Program-made: the position numbers and the translations under genes | Notes under the pieces: model-generated | Seen by the model: the letters and a program-made list of their open reading frames with translations, nothing else | Told to the model about the DNA's origin: nothing | Database searches by the model: none | NCBI GenBank assembly: GCA_964541115.1 | Contig: CAZIPH010000012.1 | Span: forward strand, 5,588 to 69,587 | DNA: 64,000 nt | Reading direction: 5' to 3' | Source of the DNA: an uncultured Salaquimonas sp. | GTDB taxonomy: Bacteria; Pseudomonadota; Alphaproteobacteria; Rhizobiales; Rhizobiaceae | In this document: positions 19,858-29,399 of the stretch, one piece after another | How positions within the stretch are numbered: the stretch's first letter is position 1 | How the letters are laid out: every line of letters starts with the position of its first letter

Positions 19858-21267
19858 TTAGCGCGAAGCAAATTCAGGATAGGCTTCAACGCCGATTTCA
19901 GCGCGGTCGAGACCGAGCATTTCATCCTCGGCCGAAACCCGGATACCGACGATTGCCTTGAGGGCGAACCAGACGATTGCCGACAGGACCACGGTGAATA
20001 CACCGTAAGCGATGATACCGGTGATCTGCGCACCCCAGTTGCCGGTATAGAAGGCAACGGCGAGCGTGCCCCAGATACCCGCAAACAGGTGAACCGGGAT
20101 TGCGCCAACCACGTCATCGATTTTCAGCTTGTCGAGAAGCGGAACGGTGAAAACGACTATCACGCCACCAACAGCGCCGGTAAGGATTGCCGCAAACACG
20201 CCTGGTGCGAGCGGCTCGGCGGTGATGGCGACCAGGCCGGCCAGTGCACCGTTGAGGGTTATTGTCACATCAACCTTCTTGTAGATCAGCTGAAGCAGGA
20301 TCATGGTGGTCACCACGCCGCCGGCTGCTGCCATGTTGGTGTTCACGAAAATGCGTGAAACATCAGACACGTCGGAGATGGTGCCCATTGCGAGCTGCGA
20401 GGCGCCGTTGAAGCCAAACCAGCCGAGCCACAGGATGAAGGTTCCCAGGGTTGCGAGCGGTATGGACGAACCGGGCATTGGCGCAACGCCGCCCTCGACA
20501 TATTTACCCTTGCGTGCCCCGAGGATCAGGGCACCGGTAAGCGCAGCCCAGCCACCGACAGAGTGAACGAGGGTCGATCCGGCAAAGTCGGAAAAGCCCA
20601 TTTCCGACAGCCAGCCGCCACCCCACTGCCAGGAACCGGCAATCGGGTAAATGAAGCCGGTCAGCATCACCACGAAGATCAGGAAAGGCCAAAGCTTGAT
20701 GCGCTCGGCAAGTGTGCCGGAGACGATCGAGGCTGCTGTAGCCACAAACACCATCTGGAAGAACCAGTCGGAGGCAGTCGAATAACCGGTATCGAGAAGG
20801 GCAGCAGCATCTGCGCCTTCAAGGCCGACAGGATCCATGGCGTAGAAGAGCGAGAACGAACCGATATAGCCGCCGTCAACGCCGGTATACATGAGATTGT
20901 AGCCGATCAGCCAGTACATGATGCCTGCGATGGAATACAGGCCGATATTCTTGGCGCATTGCATCGAAACGTTCTTGGAGCGGACAAGTCCCGCCTCCAG
21001 CATGGCAAAGCCTGCAGCCATCCACATGACAAGGAAACCGCCAATGAGGAAAAGGAGAGTGTTGAAGATATAGGCAGTGTCCGCAGCGGCGGCAGGTGCG
21101 ACATCCTGGGCAAGGGCAGGGGTCGCGAGCATTGCCAGCACACCACCAGCGATGAGCGGAAGCATCCGGCGCAATGTTTTTGTTTTCATATCCAGTTTCG
21201 GGTCCATATTCCGATTTCCTTTGTTGGTAGTAAGGAGGTCAAAGAAGGTGCGGTTTCGAGGCATCAA
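19858..21267 (-). CDS. amtB: Ammonium transporter AmtB
   Basis: Signal peptide then about 11 TM helices. AGFAMLEAG and DFAGSTLVHSVGG motifs. Downstream of glnK. The true start is probably an internal Met (MKTKTLRRML...). Confidence 0.92.
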   Translation of the reverse strand: MMPRNRTFFDLLTTNKGNRNMDPKLDMKTKTLRRMLPLIAGGVLAMLATPALAQDVAPAAAADTAYIFNTLLFLIGGFLVMWMAAGFAMLEAGLVRSKNVSMQCAKNIGLYSIAGIMYWLIGYNLMYTGVDGGYIGSFSLFYAMDPVGLEGADAAALLDTGYSTASDWFFQMVFVATAASIVSGTLAERIKLWPFLIFVVMLTGFIYPIAGSWQWGGGWLSEMGFSDFAGSTLVHSVGGWAALTGALILGARKGKYVEGGVAPMPGSSIPLATLGTFILWLGWFGFNGASQLAMGTISDVSDVSRIFVNTNMAAAGGVVTTMILLQLIYKKVDVTITLNGALAGLVAITAEPLAPGVFAAILTGAVGGVIVVFTVPLLDKLKIDDVVGAIPVHLFAGIWGTLAVAFYTGNWGAQITGIIAYGVFTVVLSAIVWFALKAIVGIRVSAEDEMLGLDRAEIGVEAYPEFASR

Positions 21268-21602
21268 AGGGCTTCGGCGTCTTTCTCGCCGGTGCGGATG
21301 CGCAGGACAGCTTCCAGATCCAGAACGAAAATCTTGCCATCACCGATCTGGCCGGTGCGGGCGGATTCCGCGATTGCCTCCAGTGCCTTGGGTGCCATGT
21401 CGGCATTGACGGCAACTTCCAGCTTCAGTTTGGGTAGAAAGTGAATGGCGTATTCGGCACCGCGATAGATCTCGGTGTGACCCTTCTGGCGGCCATAGCC
21501 TTTCACTTCGGTGACGGTCAGGCCTTCAATGCCGAGCGCGGTAAGCGCCTCTCTGACGGCATCCAGGCGGAACGGTTTGATGACCGCTGTGATGAGTTTC
21601 AT
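21264..21602 (-). CDS. glnK: Nitrogen regulatory protein P-II (GlnK)
   Basis: 112 aa. MKLITAVIKPFRLD N-terminus and T-loop YRGAEY. Overlaps the longest amtB ORF by 4 nt. Confidence 0.93.
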   Translation of the reverse strand: MKLITAVIKPFRLDAVREALTALGIEGLTVTEVKGYGRQKGHTEIYRGAEYAIHFLPKLKLEVAVNADMAPKALEAIAESARTGQIGDGKIFVLDLEAVLRIRTGEKDAEAL

Positions 21603-21699
21603 GTTTCACCCGTTTGTCTGTTGGGTTGCAGTTGTGGCCACAATCCCGGTTGATCTTGCCTCTGCCAGGCCAAAACGCGGCAAAGGACAAACGGATGGA

Positions 21700-21716
21700 T
21701 TCAAAAGCCGTGCCAG
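21700..21716 (-). promoter_or_regulatory. Sigma54-like promoter upstream of glnK-amtB
   Basis: Minus strand reads CTGGCACGGCTTTTGAA, that is TGGCAC-N5-TTGA, about 90 nt upstream of the glnK ATG. The -24 element is perfect; the -12 element has GA instead of the canonical GC. Confidence 0.35.
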
Positions 21717-21849
21717 TTTCTCAGGAAAGTGCTAACACGCTGAATTAATTAATATTTTTGAACGATTGCCGCGCCGCGGCGTTGAAACATGGCGGCTTTG
21801 TGCTTAATTCTTGTTCAATATTGACTGATTGCACATAATTTAATCTTCT

Positions 21850-22743
21850 CTATCCGCCTGACACAGGAACCTTGCGGCTTGTATCATCCCTCAGGCGAAT
21901 AAGACCTTCCTGGGCGGTGGAAGCTACCAGCTGCCCGTCCTCGCAGAAGATCAGGCCACGGGTGAGCCCCCTTGCGCCGGACGCATTGGGACTGTCCTGA
22001 GTATAAAGATGCCATTTCTCCATCCGGATCGGCCTGTGGAACCACATTGCGTGATCCAGGCTGGCGACCTGAAGTTTGGGATCGAAAACGGCACGGCCAT
22101 GGGCAAAGAGCGAGGTGTCGAGAAGGGTCATGTCGGAAGCGTAAGCGAGAACCGCTTCCTGGATCGCCGAATCGCCAGGTAGCGGTCCGGTGGAGCGGAA
22201 CCATACGTGCTGTTTGGGTTCCAGCTTCTTGCCGGAAATGTAATGGGTAAGGTCGGTGGGCCGTAATTCGATCGGCCGTTCCTGCTGCCAGTATCTGCGA
22301 ACGTTTTCGGGAGCATGCTCGATGAACTGCTCTGCAAGTTCCCTTTCGCTGGCCAGTGTTTCGGGACGAGGGACATCGGGCATTTCAAAAGTGTGTTCGA
22401 GCCCGTCCTCGATGATCTGGAAAGAGGCCGACATGGAAAAGATCGCGTGGCCGTGCTGGATGGCAACAACACGGCGGGTTGTGAAGCTGCCGCCATCGCG
22501 GATGCGGTCGACTTCATAGATGATCGGATTCTCCGGATCGCCCGGTCGCATGAAATAGCCATGCAGCGAATGAACACGGCGCTCCTCGGGGACAGTCCGC
22601 TGGGCAGCAACCAGTGCCTGGCCGATGACCTGTCCGCCATAGACGCGTTGCCACCCGACTTTCGGGCTGATGCCGCGAAAAAGGTTGATTTCCAGCCTTT
22701 CAAGGTCAAGCGTGTTCAGGAGGGTTGTGACGGCTTTGGACAT
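21850..22743 (-). CDS. tesB: Acyl-CoA thioesterase II
   Basis: Double hot-dog TesB family (LLNTLDLERLEINLFRG...). Start at ATG 22743 (MSKAVTT...) rather than the extended track start. Confidence 0.88.
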   Translation of the reverse strand: MSKAVTTLLNTLDLERLEINLFRGISPKVGWQRVYGGQVIGQALVAAQRTVPEERRVHSLHGYFMRPGDPENPIIYEVDRIRDGGSFTTRRVVAIQHGHAIFSMSASFQIIEDGLEHTFEMPDVPRPETLASERELAEQFIEHAPENVRRYWQQERPIELRPTDLTHYISGKKLEPKQHVWFRSTGPLPGDSAIQEAVLAYASDMTLLDTSLFAHGRAVFDPKLQVASLDHAMWFHRPIRMEKWHLYTQDSPNASGARGLTRGLIFCEDGQLVASTAQEGLIRLRDDTSRKVPVSGG

Positions 22744-22894
22744 CTGGCTTCCAGTTTCGTATTCAAAATGGCTGCAGTCGATCATCGCGAACCTGGCGCT
22801 GCGACGATTTGCGGAGCGGCGGCATTCGACTCCGCCCGAACCCTGACGTAAATTGAAGGCAGTCAAGACGCAAGAGCCAGGAACCGGTGATCAT

Positions 22895-24190
22895 ATGGCG
22901 AAGACGACATCCGCAGGCCAGTCTGCAGACATACTGATTGCCGGAGGCGGCTATGTCGGCCTTTCGACAGCCGTAGCGATCGTCATGGAGGCGCCGCACC
23001 TCAAGATCATCATTGCTGATGCGGCGCCAAGGGCTGCGTTGGAAAAGGACGAAAGGGCTTCGGCAATTGCTGCAGCGGCCAGCCGCATGCTGACAGTGAT
23101 GGGTATCTGGCAAGAGATCGAGGACCATGCACAACCCATCCATGAAATGATTGTCACCGATTCCAAGATGCAGGATGTGACGCGACCCGTCTTTCTGACC
23201 TTTGGCCAGAGTGAGGCGGAAGGACAATCGGGTGTATCCGGGGCAGGCGTAGTTGGGGCAGGCGATGCACCCTTTGCCCACATGATGCCGAACAGGGAGC
23301 TGGTCGGAGCGCTCAGGAAAAAGGCCGATGAACTCGGCATTACGCAGATATTCGAATGCGGCGTTGAAGATTTTACGCGTGAGGGTTCCGGGATCAGGGC
23401 GAGTTTGCAGAATGGCCAAAATGTGGAAGCCAGGTTGCTGATTGCCGCTGATGGCGTGCGCTCGCGCATGCGCGACATTGCCGGGATCAAGACGGTTCAC
23501 TGGCCTTATGACCAGTGGGGTATTGTAACGACGGTGGCCCATGAGCGGCCTCATCATGGCCGGGCGGAAGAGCATTTCCTTCCAGCCGGCCCGTTTGCCA
23601 TCCTCCCGTTGAAGGGCAACCGCTCCTCGCTGGTATGGACGGAAAGCGAACGAGATGCCCGGCGGATTCTTGCCATGGATGACTTTTCCTTCGAACTGGA
23701 GCTGGAACAGCGCTTTGGCCACAAGCTGGGCGAAATTTCGGTGGATGGACCGAAGAAGGGTTTTCCGCTCGGCCTCACCCTTGCGCGGGAATTTGTCGTT
23801 GACCGGGTCGCGCTTGTTGGTGATGCGGCGCATGGCATTCACCCGATTGCCGGACAGGGTCTCAACCTCGGCTTCAAGGACGCAGCAGCATTGGCCGAAA
23901 CCATCATTGAGGCGGACAGGCTGGGGATGGATATCGGTTCGCTCTCGACGCTGGAGCGCTACCAGCTCTGGCGCCGTTTCGACACGGTACAGATGGGCGT
24001 GATGACGGATGTGCTCAACCGGCTGTTTTCCAACGACAATCCCGTCCTGCGCATTGCCCGCGATGTGGGGCTTGGCATGGTTGACCGGATGCCCGGCCTC
24101 AAGAGGATGTTCATAGAACAGGCGGCAGGCAACAGGCCGGGAACACCCAAACTGTTGCGCGGACTGGCCATCAACAGCCAGGAAAGCTGA
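22895..24190 (+). CDS. FAD-dependent monooxygenase, UbiH/UbiF/Coq6 family (ubiquinone biosynthesis hydroxylase)
   Basis: Dinucleotide-binding ILIAGGGYVGLS and the LVGDAAHGIHPIAGQGLNLG motif. Start at ATG 22895. Confidence 0.85.
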   Translation: MAKTTSAGQSADILIAGGGYVGLSTAVAIVMEAPHLKIIIADAAPRAALEKDERASAIAAAASRMLTVMGIWQEIEDHAQPIHEMIVTDSKMQDVTRPVFLTFGQSEAEGQSGVSGAGVVGAGDAPFAHMMPNRELVGALRKKADELGITQIFECGVEDFTREGSGIRASLQNGQNVEARLLIAADGVRSRMRDIAGIKTVHWPYDQWGIVTTVAHERPHHGRAEEHFLPAGPFAILPLKGNRSSLVWTESERDARRILAMDDFSFELELEQRFGHKLGEISVDGPKKGFPLGLTLAREFVVDRVALVGDAAHGIHPIAGQGLNLGFKDAAALAETIIEADRLGMDIGSLSTLERYQLWRRFDTVQMGVMTDVLNRLFSNDNPVLRIARDVGLGMVDRMPGLKRMFIEQAAGNRPGTPKLLRGLAINSQES

Positions 24191-24224
24191 CCGGAAAGCT
24201 GCAAGGCAAGGTTGGCTGGAAGTC

Positions 24225-25133
24225 TCAAAGCGACACAGGCTTGAAAACGGTTCGCTTTCCCTTTTCGGATTGTTGCGGTTCGACCACATTGCGCAGGTGA
24301 ACCATTGCCATTGGGTGGGTGATGGATCCCGCATCCGTTTCGAGCATGAGTTCGTCGGCACCATGCCGCGCGGCATTGGCAACAATCTCGAAGACGCTGG
24401 CAGTTGTCTGTTGCAAGGCTTTAGGTGGGGCATTGCCATCGATCATGTGGGACAGAAACAGGGCTGCGGTCAGGTCACCTGGCCCATTGGGCGGATTGTC
24501 CACCTGGCGATGTTCCGCAAAAACAGGCGGTTCGGCGCTGACCAGCAGGTTTCCGATTGCACCCTTCATGTAGCCGGGCATGGAGGTCACCAGCACTGTC
24601 TTTCCGGGAAGCACCCTTGCGGCGGCTATCGCCTCTGCGTGATCGGTGACCTTTTTTGATGTAAGCCATGACAATTCGAAGCGGTTCGGCGTCAGTATGT
24701 CGGCAAGCGGCGCGAGGTGATCCCTGATTGCGATCGCGGTTTCCTCGGGAACATAGAGCCTTCCTTCACCGCCAAGGATACCGTCACCCATCACGGGATC
24801 ACAGACATGGAGGAGACCGGGATTGCGAACCTTGAGCTGCTTCACGAAACCGGCAACGGTTGTCGCCTGTTCCGCGCTCGCCATGTATCCTGTCAGGACA
24901 CCGCCGACTTCCGAAATCCAGCGCGATCCGGCAAGGTCATCCAGGAAGCGGGCAAACTGTTCTTCATCAGGCACCAGCCGTGTCCCCCTGCCATGGCCGG
25001 GATGGAAAGGCAGGGTGATGGTTGGAACCGCCCAGACCGGATGGCCACGCACCTCCAGCGCAAACACGGCTGCCCGGTTGCCGACCGAACCACGGGCGAC
25101 ATGACTTGAAAGAACGATCACCGGCTTCTTCAT
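24225..25133 (-). CDS. Pyridoxal/pyridoxine/pyridoxamine kinase (ribokinase-like fold)
   Basis: 302 aa. N-terminal VLSSHVARGSVGN and mid-region HVCDPVMGD are typical of PdxK/PdxY kinases. Confidence 0.78.
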   Translation of the reverse strand: MKKPVIVLSSHVARGSVGNRAAVFALEVRGHPVWAVPTITLPFHPGHGRGTRLVPDEEQFARFLDDLAGSRWISEVGGVLTGYMASAEQATTVAGFVKQLKVRNPGLLHVCDPVMGDGILGGEGRLYVPEETAIAIRDHLAPLADILTPNRFELSWLTSKKVTDHAEAIAAARVLPGKTVLVTSMPGYMKGAIGNLLVSAEPPVFAEHRQVDNPPNGPGDLTAALFLSHMIDGNAPPKALQQTTASVFEIVANAARHGADELMLETDAGSITHPMAMVHLRNVVEPQQSEKGKRTVFKPVSL

Positions 25134-25163
25134 TCAACGGGCCTGACTGGTTTGCAGATGCCT

Positions 25164-25430
25164 TCAAAGCACATAGGCATTGAGGAGGTAGATGACGAGG
25201 ATAACCATGGCGATCCAGCCCAATGTCCGGCCGATGCGCTTGCCAAGCACCTCAATGGGGTCATTATCATCGGCGTTGCCATCGCGCCCGGAAATATTCT
25301 TGCCAAACTGGCGGGTTGTGCGAACCATGGAGGACGTGCCTACCGTCTCGGAATCGCGCTCCACCCTGTCAAGAATGCGGCGGGCCTCTTCTGCCTGTTC
25401 ATCACGCGACTGCTTGCGCTTGTCATTCAT
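25164..25430 (-). CDS. Small tail-anchored membrane protein (88 aa), function unknown
   Basis: ATG 25430 preceded by a GGAG RBS. Charged N-terminal two-thirds, single C-terminal TM helix (LGWIAMVILVIYLLNAYVL). Divergent from lemA. Confidence 0.5.
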   Translation of the reverse strand: MNDKRKQSRDEQAEEARRILDRVERDSETVGTSSMVRTTRQFGKNISGRDGNADDNDPIEVLGKRIGRTLGWIAMVILVIYLLNAYVL

Positions 25431-25541
25431 TTTTGTCTCCGTGTCTTGCCCGAACGGCAAGCCCGGTGGATAGAGGAGTGTATTGGAACCATAATGCGAA
25501 TCAGGTCCATACTTCAAAGAAAATGCCGGGAAGGATCAGAC

Positions 25542-26186
25542 ATGTTCATGAAATGCATCTCGATCAGGCCATCTGGGCTGAACAGCGCCGCAATGCCGGC
25601 ATTGAAAAAACTGCTTATTGCGCCACTTCTGCTGGCCATGCTGGCCCTTTCGGGCTGCGGGGTCAACAATATCCCGACATATGAAGAAAATGCCAAGGCG
25701 AAGTGGAGCGAGGTACTCAGCCAGTATCAGCGCCGCGCAGACCTCATTCCCAACCTCATTGAAACCGTAAAGGGTTTTGCGGCACAGGAAAAAGATGTGC
25801 TGACATCGGTAGTCGAGGCGCGCAGCAAGGCCACCGCCCCGCAATTGCCCGATGATATCCTGACCAATCCCGAAGCGTTCAAACAATTCCAGGAGAACCA
25901 GGCTGGCCTTTCGGGTGCCCTGTCACGCCTGCTCGTCGTGGTGGAACGCTATCCGGACCTCAAATCCAACCAGAACTTCCTGGCACTCCAATCACAATTG
26001 GAGGGAACCGAGAACCGGATCGCTGTCGCCCGCCGGGACTATATCGAGGCGGTCCGCCTCTACAATACCGAACTCAAGACCATACCTGGCCGCTGGTGGC
26101 GCAGCTGGATGTATCCGGATAACAACGCGATGCAGACCTTCACAATCGAGGATGAGAATCTTGCCAATCCGCAGGTAAAATTTTGA
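25542..26186 (+). CDS. lemA: LemA family protein (lipobox-containing)
   Basis: LemA helical-domain pattern (YQRRADLIPNLIETVKG..., RYPDLKSNQNFLALQ, RRDYIEAVRLYN). The N-terminal LLAMLALSGC looks like a lipoprotein signal. Start at ATG 25542 after a GGAAGGA RBS. Confidence 0.85.
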   Translation: MFMKCISIRPSGLNSAAMPALKKLLIAPLLLAMLALSGCGVNNIPTYEENAKAKWSEVLSQYQRRADLIPNLIETVKGFAAQEKDVLTSVVEARSKATAPQLPDDILTNPEAFKQFQENQAGLSGALSRLLVVVERYPDLKSNQNFLALQSQLEGTENRIAVARRDYIEAVRLYNTELKTIPGRWWRSWMYPDNNAMQTFTIEDENLANPQVKF

Positions 26187-26221
26187 GATCACGGGCAATC
26201 CGGTAAAAGGGGAGTGGCAGG

Positions 26222-27052
26222 ATGGGTGCAGTGCGGTTCCCGCTAAACCTGATCCTCGGCATTCTCCTGCTTGTCAGCGCGTGCGTTACTGCTTCTGCGC
26301 AGGCCGTAATCGGCGAGTTGCCTCAACTCACCGGGCGGGTAGTCGATAATGCCGGTCTGCTTGATCCAACGCAGGAAGCGCGGCTCGACGGGCAGCTTGC
26401 GGCATTCGAAAACTCGTCATCCGACCAGCTGGTAGTGGCTACAATCCCGGGTCTAAATGGTGCCAATCTGGAGGATTATGCCAACCGCCTGTTTCGTCAA
26501 TGGGAGCTCGGCCAGGATGGCATCAACAATGGCGTTCTCCTGCTGATCGCCCGTGATGACAGGAAAATCCGCATTGAAGTGGGCTATGGACTGGAAGGCA
26601 CGCTCACCGATGCGCTTTCGAAAGTCATCATCGAGACGGTAATCGTTCCGCGCTTTCGCGAGGGGGCTTTTGCTGCCGGCATCATCGAAGGTTCGGACAT
26701 GATCCTCAAGGTCCTTGCCGGTGACAGCGCGGAACTCGAGGACCGGAAAAAACGCTTCGAGGAAAACAATCAGGAACCATTCGACTGGGTAGCGCTGGTT
26801 TTCCTGACGATATGGGCCACGCTCTTCTTCGGACCAATCCTGTTCGCAATCGGTGCCCCGATCTTCGGAGAGAAGATCGGCAAGCGCCGTTATCGCTGGC
26901 TTGGCATTGAAACCACTTATGGTGGATCCTCGGGGCGTCGATCCTCAAATGGTAGCTGGTCGTCCGGTGGCAGTGGCTGGTCATCAGGCGGAGGCGGATT
27001 TTCGGGGGGTGGCGGATCATCTGGCGGCGGCGGCGCATCGGGAGGATGGTAG
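26222..27052 (+). CDS. TPM-domain protein (YgcG-like) with C-terminal Gly/Ser-rich tail
   Basis: Signal peptide, TPM/phosphatase-like domain (QLVVATIPGL..., GVLLLIARDDRKIRIEVGYGLEG), one TM helix, then an SSGGSGWSSGGGGFSGGGG tail. Confidence 0.8.
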   Translation: MGAVRFPLNLILGILLLVSACVTASAQAVIGELPQLTGRVVDNAGLLDPTQEARLDGQLAAFENSSSDQLVVATIPGLNGANLEDYANRLFRQWELGQDGINNGVLLLIARDDRKIRIEVGYGLEGTLTDALSKVIIETVIVPRFREGAFAAGIIEGSDMILKVLAGDSAELEDRKKRFEENNQEPFDWVALVFLTIWATLFFGPILFAIGAPIFGEKIGKRRYRWLGIETTYGGSSGRRSSNGSWSSGGSGWSSGGGGFSGGGGSSGGGGASGGW

Positions 27053-27053
27053 G

Positions 27054-27728
27054 ATGAGCATTCACTTTTCAAATGAAGAGCTGCAGCGCGTGCCTGAGGC
27101 GATCACCAGCGCTGAAGCAGGCACCAGTGCTGAAATCTTTGCTGTTCTTGCAAGGCGCAGTGATGACTACCGCTTTGTCGGTTATGCCTTTGCTGCCCTG
27201 TGGATATTCCTGTTTTCCGGTCTGATTGGCCTCTGGGTTCTCTGGAGATCATCACAGACTGCGGATTGGGGCAATGGAACGGTCTTGCCCTGGTTCGAAA
27301 ACCTTCCCCTCTTCATCCTTGCCCAGATTCTCGCTTTTGTCTGTATCGTACTGGTATTGCGGCTGGTGCCGCGCCTTGGTGTTGCGATCACGCCACGGCG
27401 CATCAGGGATGAACGTGCCCGCGCAAATGGTATCAAGCAGTTTCTTGCCCATGGTGTTCACCAGACGGGCGGCAGGAGCGGACTACTGGTCTTCGTTTCG
27501 CTTGAAGAGCGCTATGGCGAGATCTTTGTCGATGCTGCGATCGAAAAGGCGCTCGGGCGCGATTTTCTCCTGGAGGAAATCAGGGTTCTTGTTGAGTCAT
27601 GTGCCGAGGGGCGGGTGATCGACGGCTATGTAGCAGTGATCGGACAGCTGGGAGAACGACTCGCGGTTAGCTTCCCCATAAATGAGAACGATGAGAATGA
27701 ACTGGTCAACCGCTTTGTAATTCTTTGA
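27054..27728 (+). CDS. TPM-domain membrane protein
   Basis: ATG lies 1 nt after the upstream stop. TPM-like segments (AEIFAVLARRSDDY ... GLLVFVSLEERYGEIFVD) are interrupted by two TM helices. Confidence 0.7.
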   Translation: MSIHFSNEELQRVPEAITSAEAGTSAEIFAVLARRSDDYRFVGYAFAALWIFLFSGLIGLWVLWRSSQTADWGNGTVLPWFENLPLFILAQILAFVCIVLVLRLVPRLGVAITPRRIRDERARANGIKQFLAHGVHQTGGRSGLLVFVSLEERYGEIFVDAAIEKALGRDFLLEEIRVLVESCAEGRVIDGYVAVIGQLGERLAVSFPINENDENELVNRFVIL

Positions 27729-27847
27729 AGAAGGGCTAGCCAGGCGGTTGATGTTGCTGAACCGTTTCGCGGTATGGTCGAAGGCGCCCGTTCGCATCAT
27801 GACGCTGGCAAGAATTAACGATTCCTGTCATATATCGTCAATGCCGG

Positions 27848-29362
27848 ATGGCTATTGGCAAAGAAAATTGCCTGAATAGCCGCATGATTTTGTTGCACGT
27901 GATCAATATTCCGGACGTTTGGGGGGATAACAAGTTGACGACGAGCGTCCAGAATCCGGCACCCGTGGACGAACATCCGCACAAGACAACCGCTGGCCGC
28001 AAGGGCCTTTTCGGATGGATGATGTTCGACTGGGCCGCGCAACCCTTCTTCACGGTTGTAACGACTTTCATTTTTGGTCCCTATTTCGTTTCGCGACTGG
28101 CGGAGAACCCCGAAACCGGGCAGGCGGTATGGTCTTTTGGCATCGCCGCTGCCGGTTTTCTGATTGCCATTCTTTCGCCGATCCTCGGATCGATCGCCGA
28201 CCAGACCGGGCCACGCAAGCCATGGATCGGTTTTTTTGTATTCATCAAGGTATTTGCCCTGTTCGCCCTCTGGCAGGCCGCGCCAGGCAGCGACATTTAC
28301 TGGGTGATCTTCATCTACATCATGGCGATGGTTGCAGCGGAGTTTTCGATAGTCTTCAACGATTCGATGCTGCCAAGCCTTACAACCAAACAGAATATCG
28401 GCTCGGTTTCCAATGTCGCCTGGGGTCTTGGATATGCCGGCGGCATGATCATGCTGATCTTTGTTGTCGGGTTCCTTGCAGCCGACCCGGTCAGCGGCAA
28501 GACCTTTCTGGGCCTTGATCCACTGTTCGGACTTGACCCTGCACAGGCAGAAGGGGACCGGATCGTCGGGCCACTATCGGCCATCTGGTATCTAGTCTTC
28601 ATCCTGCCGATGTTTTTCTTCACACCTGACAAAACCGACCGCAGGAAAATGGGAGATGCGATACGGCGCGGCTTTGCGGAACTGAAGTCTACCATTCGCG
28701 AGGCCCGCCAGCGCGCAGGCATCTTCAGATTCCTGATCGCCCGAATGATCTACCAGGACGGGGTGAATGCACTTTTGGTGCTTGGTGGCGCGTTCGCGGC
28801 TTCCATGTTTGGTTGGGCAACAGCTGAAATCGGCATATATGGCATACTGCTAAATGTCGTTGCCATTCCATCCTGCTTTGCAGCCGCATGGCTTGACACC
28901 CGGTTTGGCTCAAAGCAGGTCGTGCTCGCATCGATCATCTGCCTGACCATCGCCACGCTCGGGATCATCTCGACCGGGCCCGGCTATACGATGTTCGGCT
29001 ATCTTCCCCTGCCGGGCGAAGATACCGGCGGCCTTTTCGGTACGCCTGCCGAAAAAGCCTATATTGCCTATGGCATGCTGATCGGTCTTGCATTCGGCCC
29101 GGTCCAGGCCTCATCGCGTTCCTGGCTGGCCCGCAGCGTAACCCCGGAAGAGGCAGGGCGCTATTTCGGCCTCTATGCGCTGGCAGGACGCGTTACCAGC
29201 TTCCTTGCGCCGCTGATGATCGGCATCGTCACCAGCCTTCTGTTTTCCCAGCGCGCCGGCATGGCGGTGATCATCGTCTTCCTCCTCGTCGGTTTCCTGA
29301 TCGCTCGTGGTACGCCCTATCCTGCGGACAAGCCGAAAGTGCCGGCCTTTGCCGCCATGTGA
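27848..29362 (+). CDS. MFS transporter, UMF1/Atg22-like family
   Basis: About 12 TM helices. N-terminal GLFGWMMFDWAAQPFF is typical of the UMF1 family. The true start may be TTG 27935, preceded by GGGGGGA. Confidence 0.8.
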   Translation: MAIGKENCLNSRMILLHVINIPDVWGDNKLTTSVQNPAPVDEHPHKTTAGRKGLFGWMMFDWAAQPFFTVVTTFIFGPYFVSRLAENPETGQAVWSFGIAAAGFLIAILSPILGSIADQTGPRKPWIGFFVFIKVFALFALWQAAPGSDIYWVIFIYIMAMVAAEFSIVFNDSMLPSLTTKQNIGSVSNVAWGLGYAGGMIMLIFVVGFLAADPVSGKTFLGLDPLFGLDPAQAEGDRIVGPLSAIWYLVFILPMFFFTPDKTDRRKMGDAIRRGFAELKSTIREARQRAGIFRFLIARMIYQDGVNALLVLGGAFAASMFGWATAEIGIYGILLNVVAIPSCFAAAWLDTRFGSKQVVLASIICLTIATLGIISTGPGYTMFGYLPLPGEDTGGLFGTPAEKAYIAYGMLIGLAFGPVQASSRSWLARSVTPEEAGRYFGLYALAGRVTSFLAPLMIGIVTSLLFSQRAGMAVIIVFLLVGFLIARGTPYPADKPKVPAFAAM

Positions 29363-29399
29363 TTCTGCAGGGTGTTGACAGGTGAGGCCGAGGGCAGGG

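Noticed and set aside
21720-21850. NtrC (TGCACC-N5-GGTGCA-like) enhancer sites upstream of the glnK sigma54-like promoter; also a partial CtrA-like TTAA-N7-TCAA and a TTAATTAAT run.
   Set aside because: Only scattered GCAC/GTGC half-elements are present (for example TGTGC...GCACA separated by about 27 nt). None match the dyad consensus or spacing.
26925-27045. GGC/GGT/TCx-rich repetitive DNA that at first looked like a tandem repeat or array.
   Set aside because: It is in frame and encodes the Gly/Ser-rich low-complexity tail (SSGGSGWSSGGGGFSGGGGSSGGGG) of the TPM protein. There is no spacer/repeat periodicity, so it is not a CRISPR array or VNTR.
27891-27906. Additional parS-like sequences: TGTTGCACGTGATCAA (13/16) upstream of or inside the MFS gene start, and isolated half-sites TGTTTCAC/GTGAAACA at 8143-8151, 9806 region, 10937-10945, 13868 region and 21602 region.
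   Set aside because: The 27891 site has three mismatches, all in one arm. The others are 8-9-mers only, and their count is not far above chance for 128 kb of two-strand sequence. I cannot support them as ParB sites without ChIP data.
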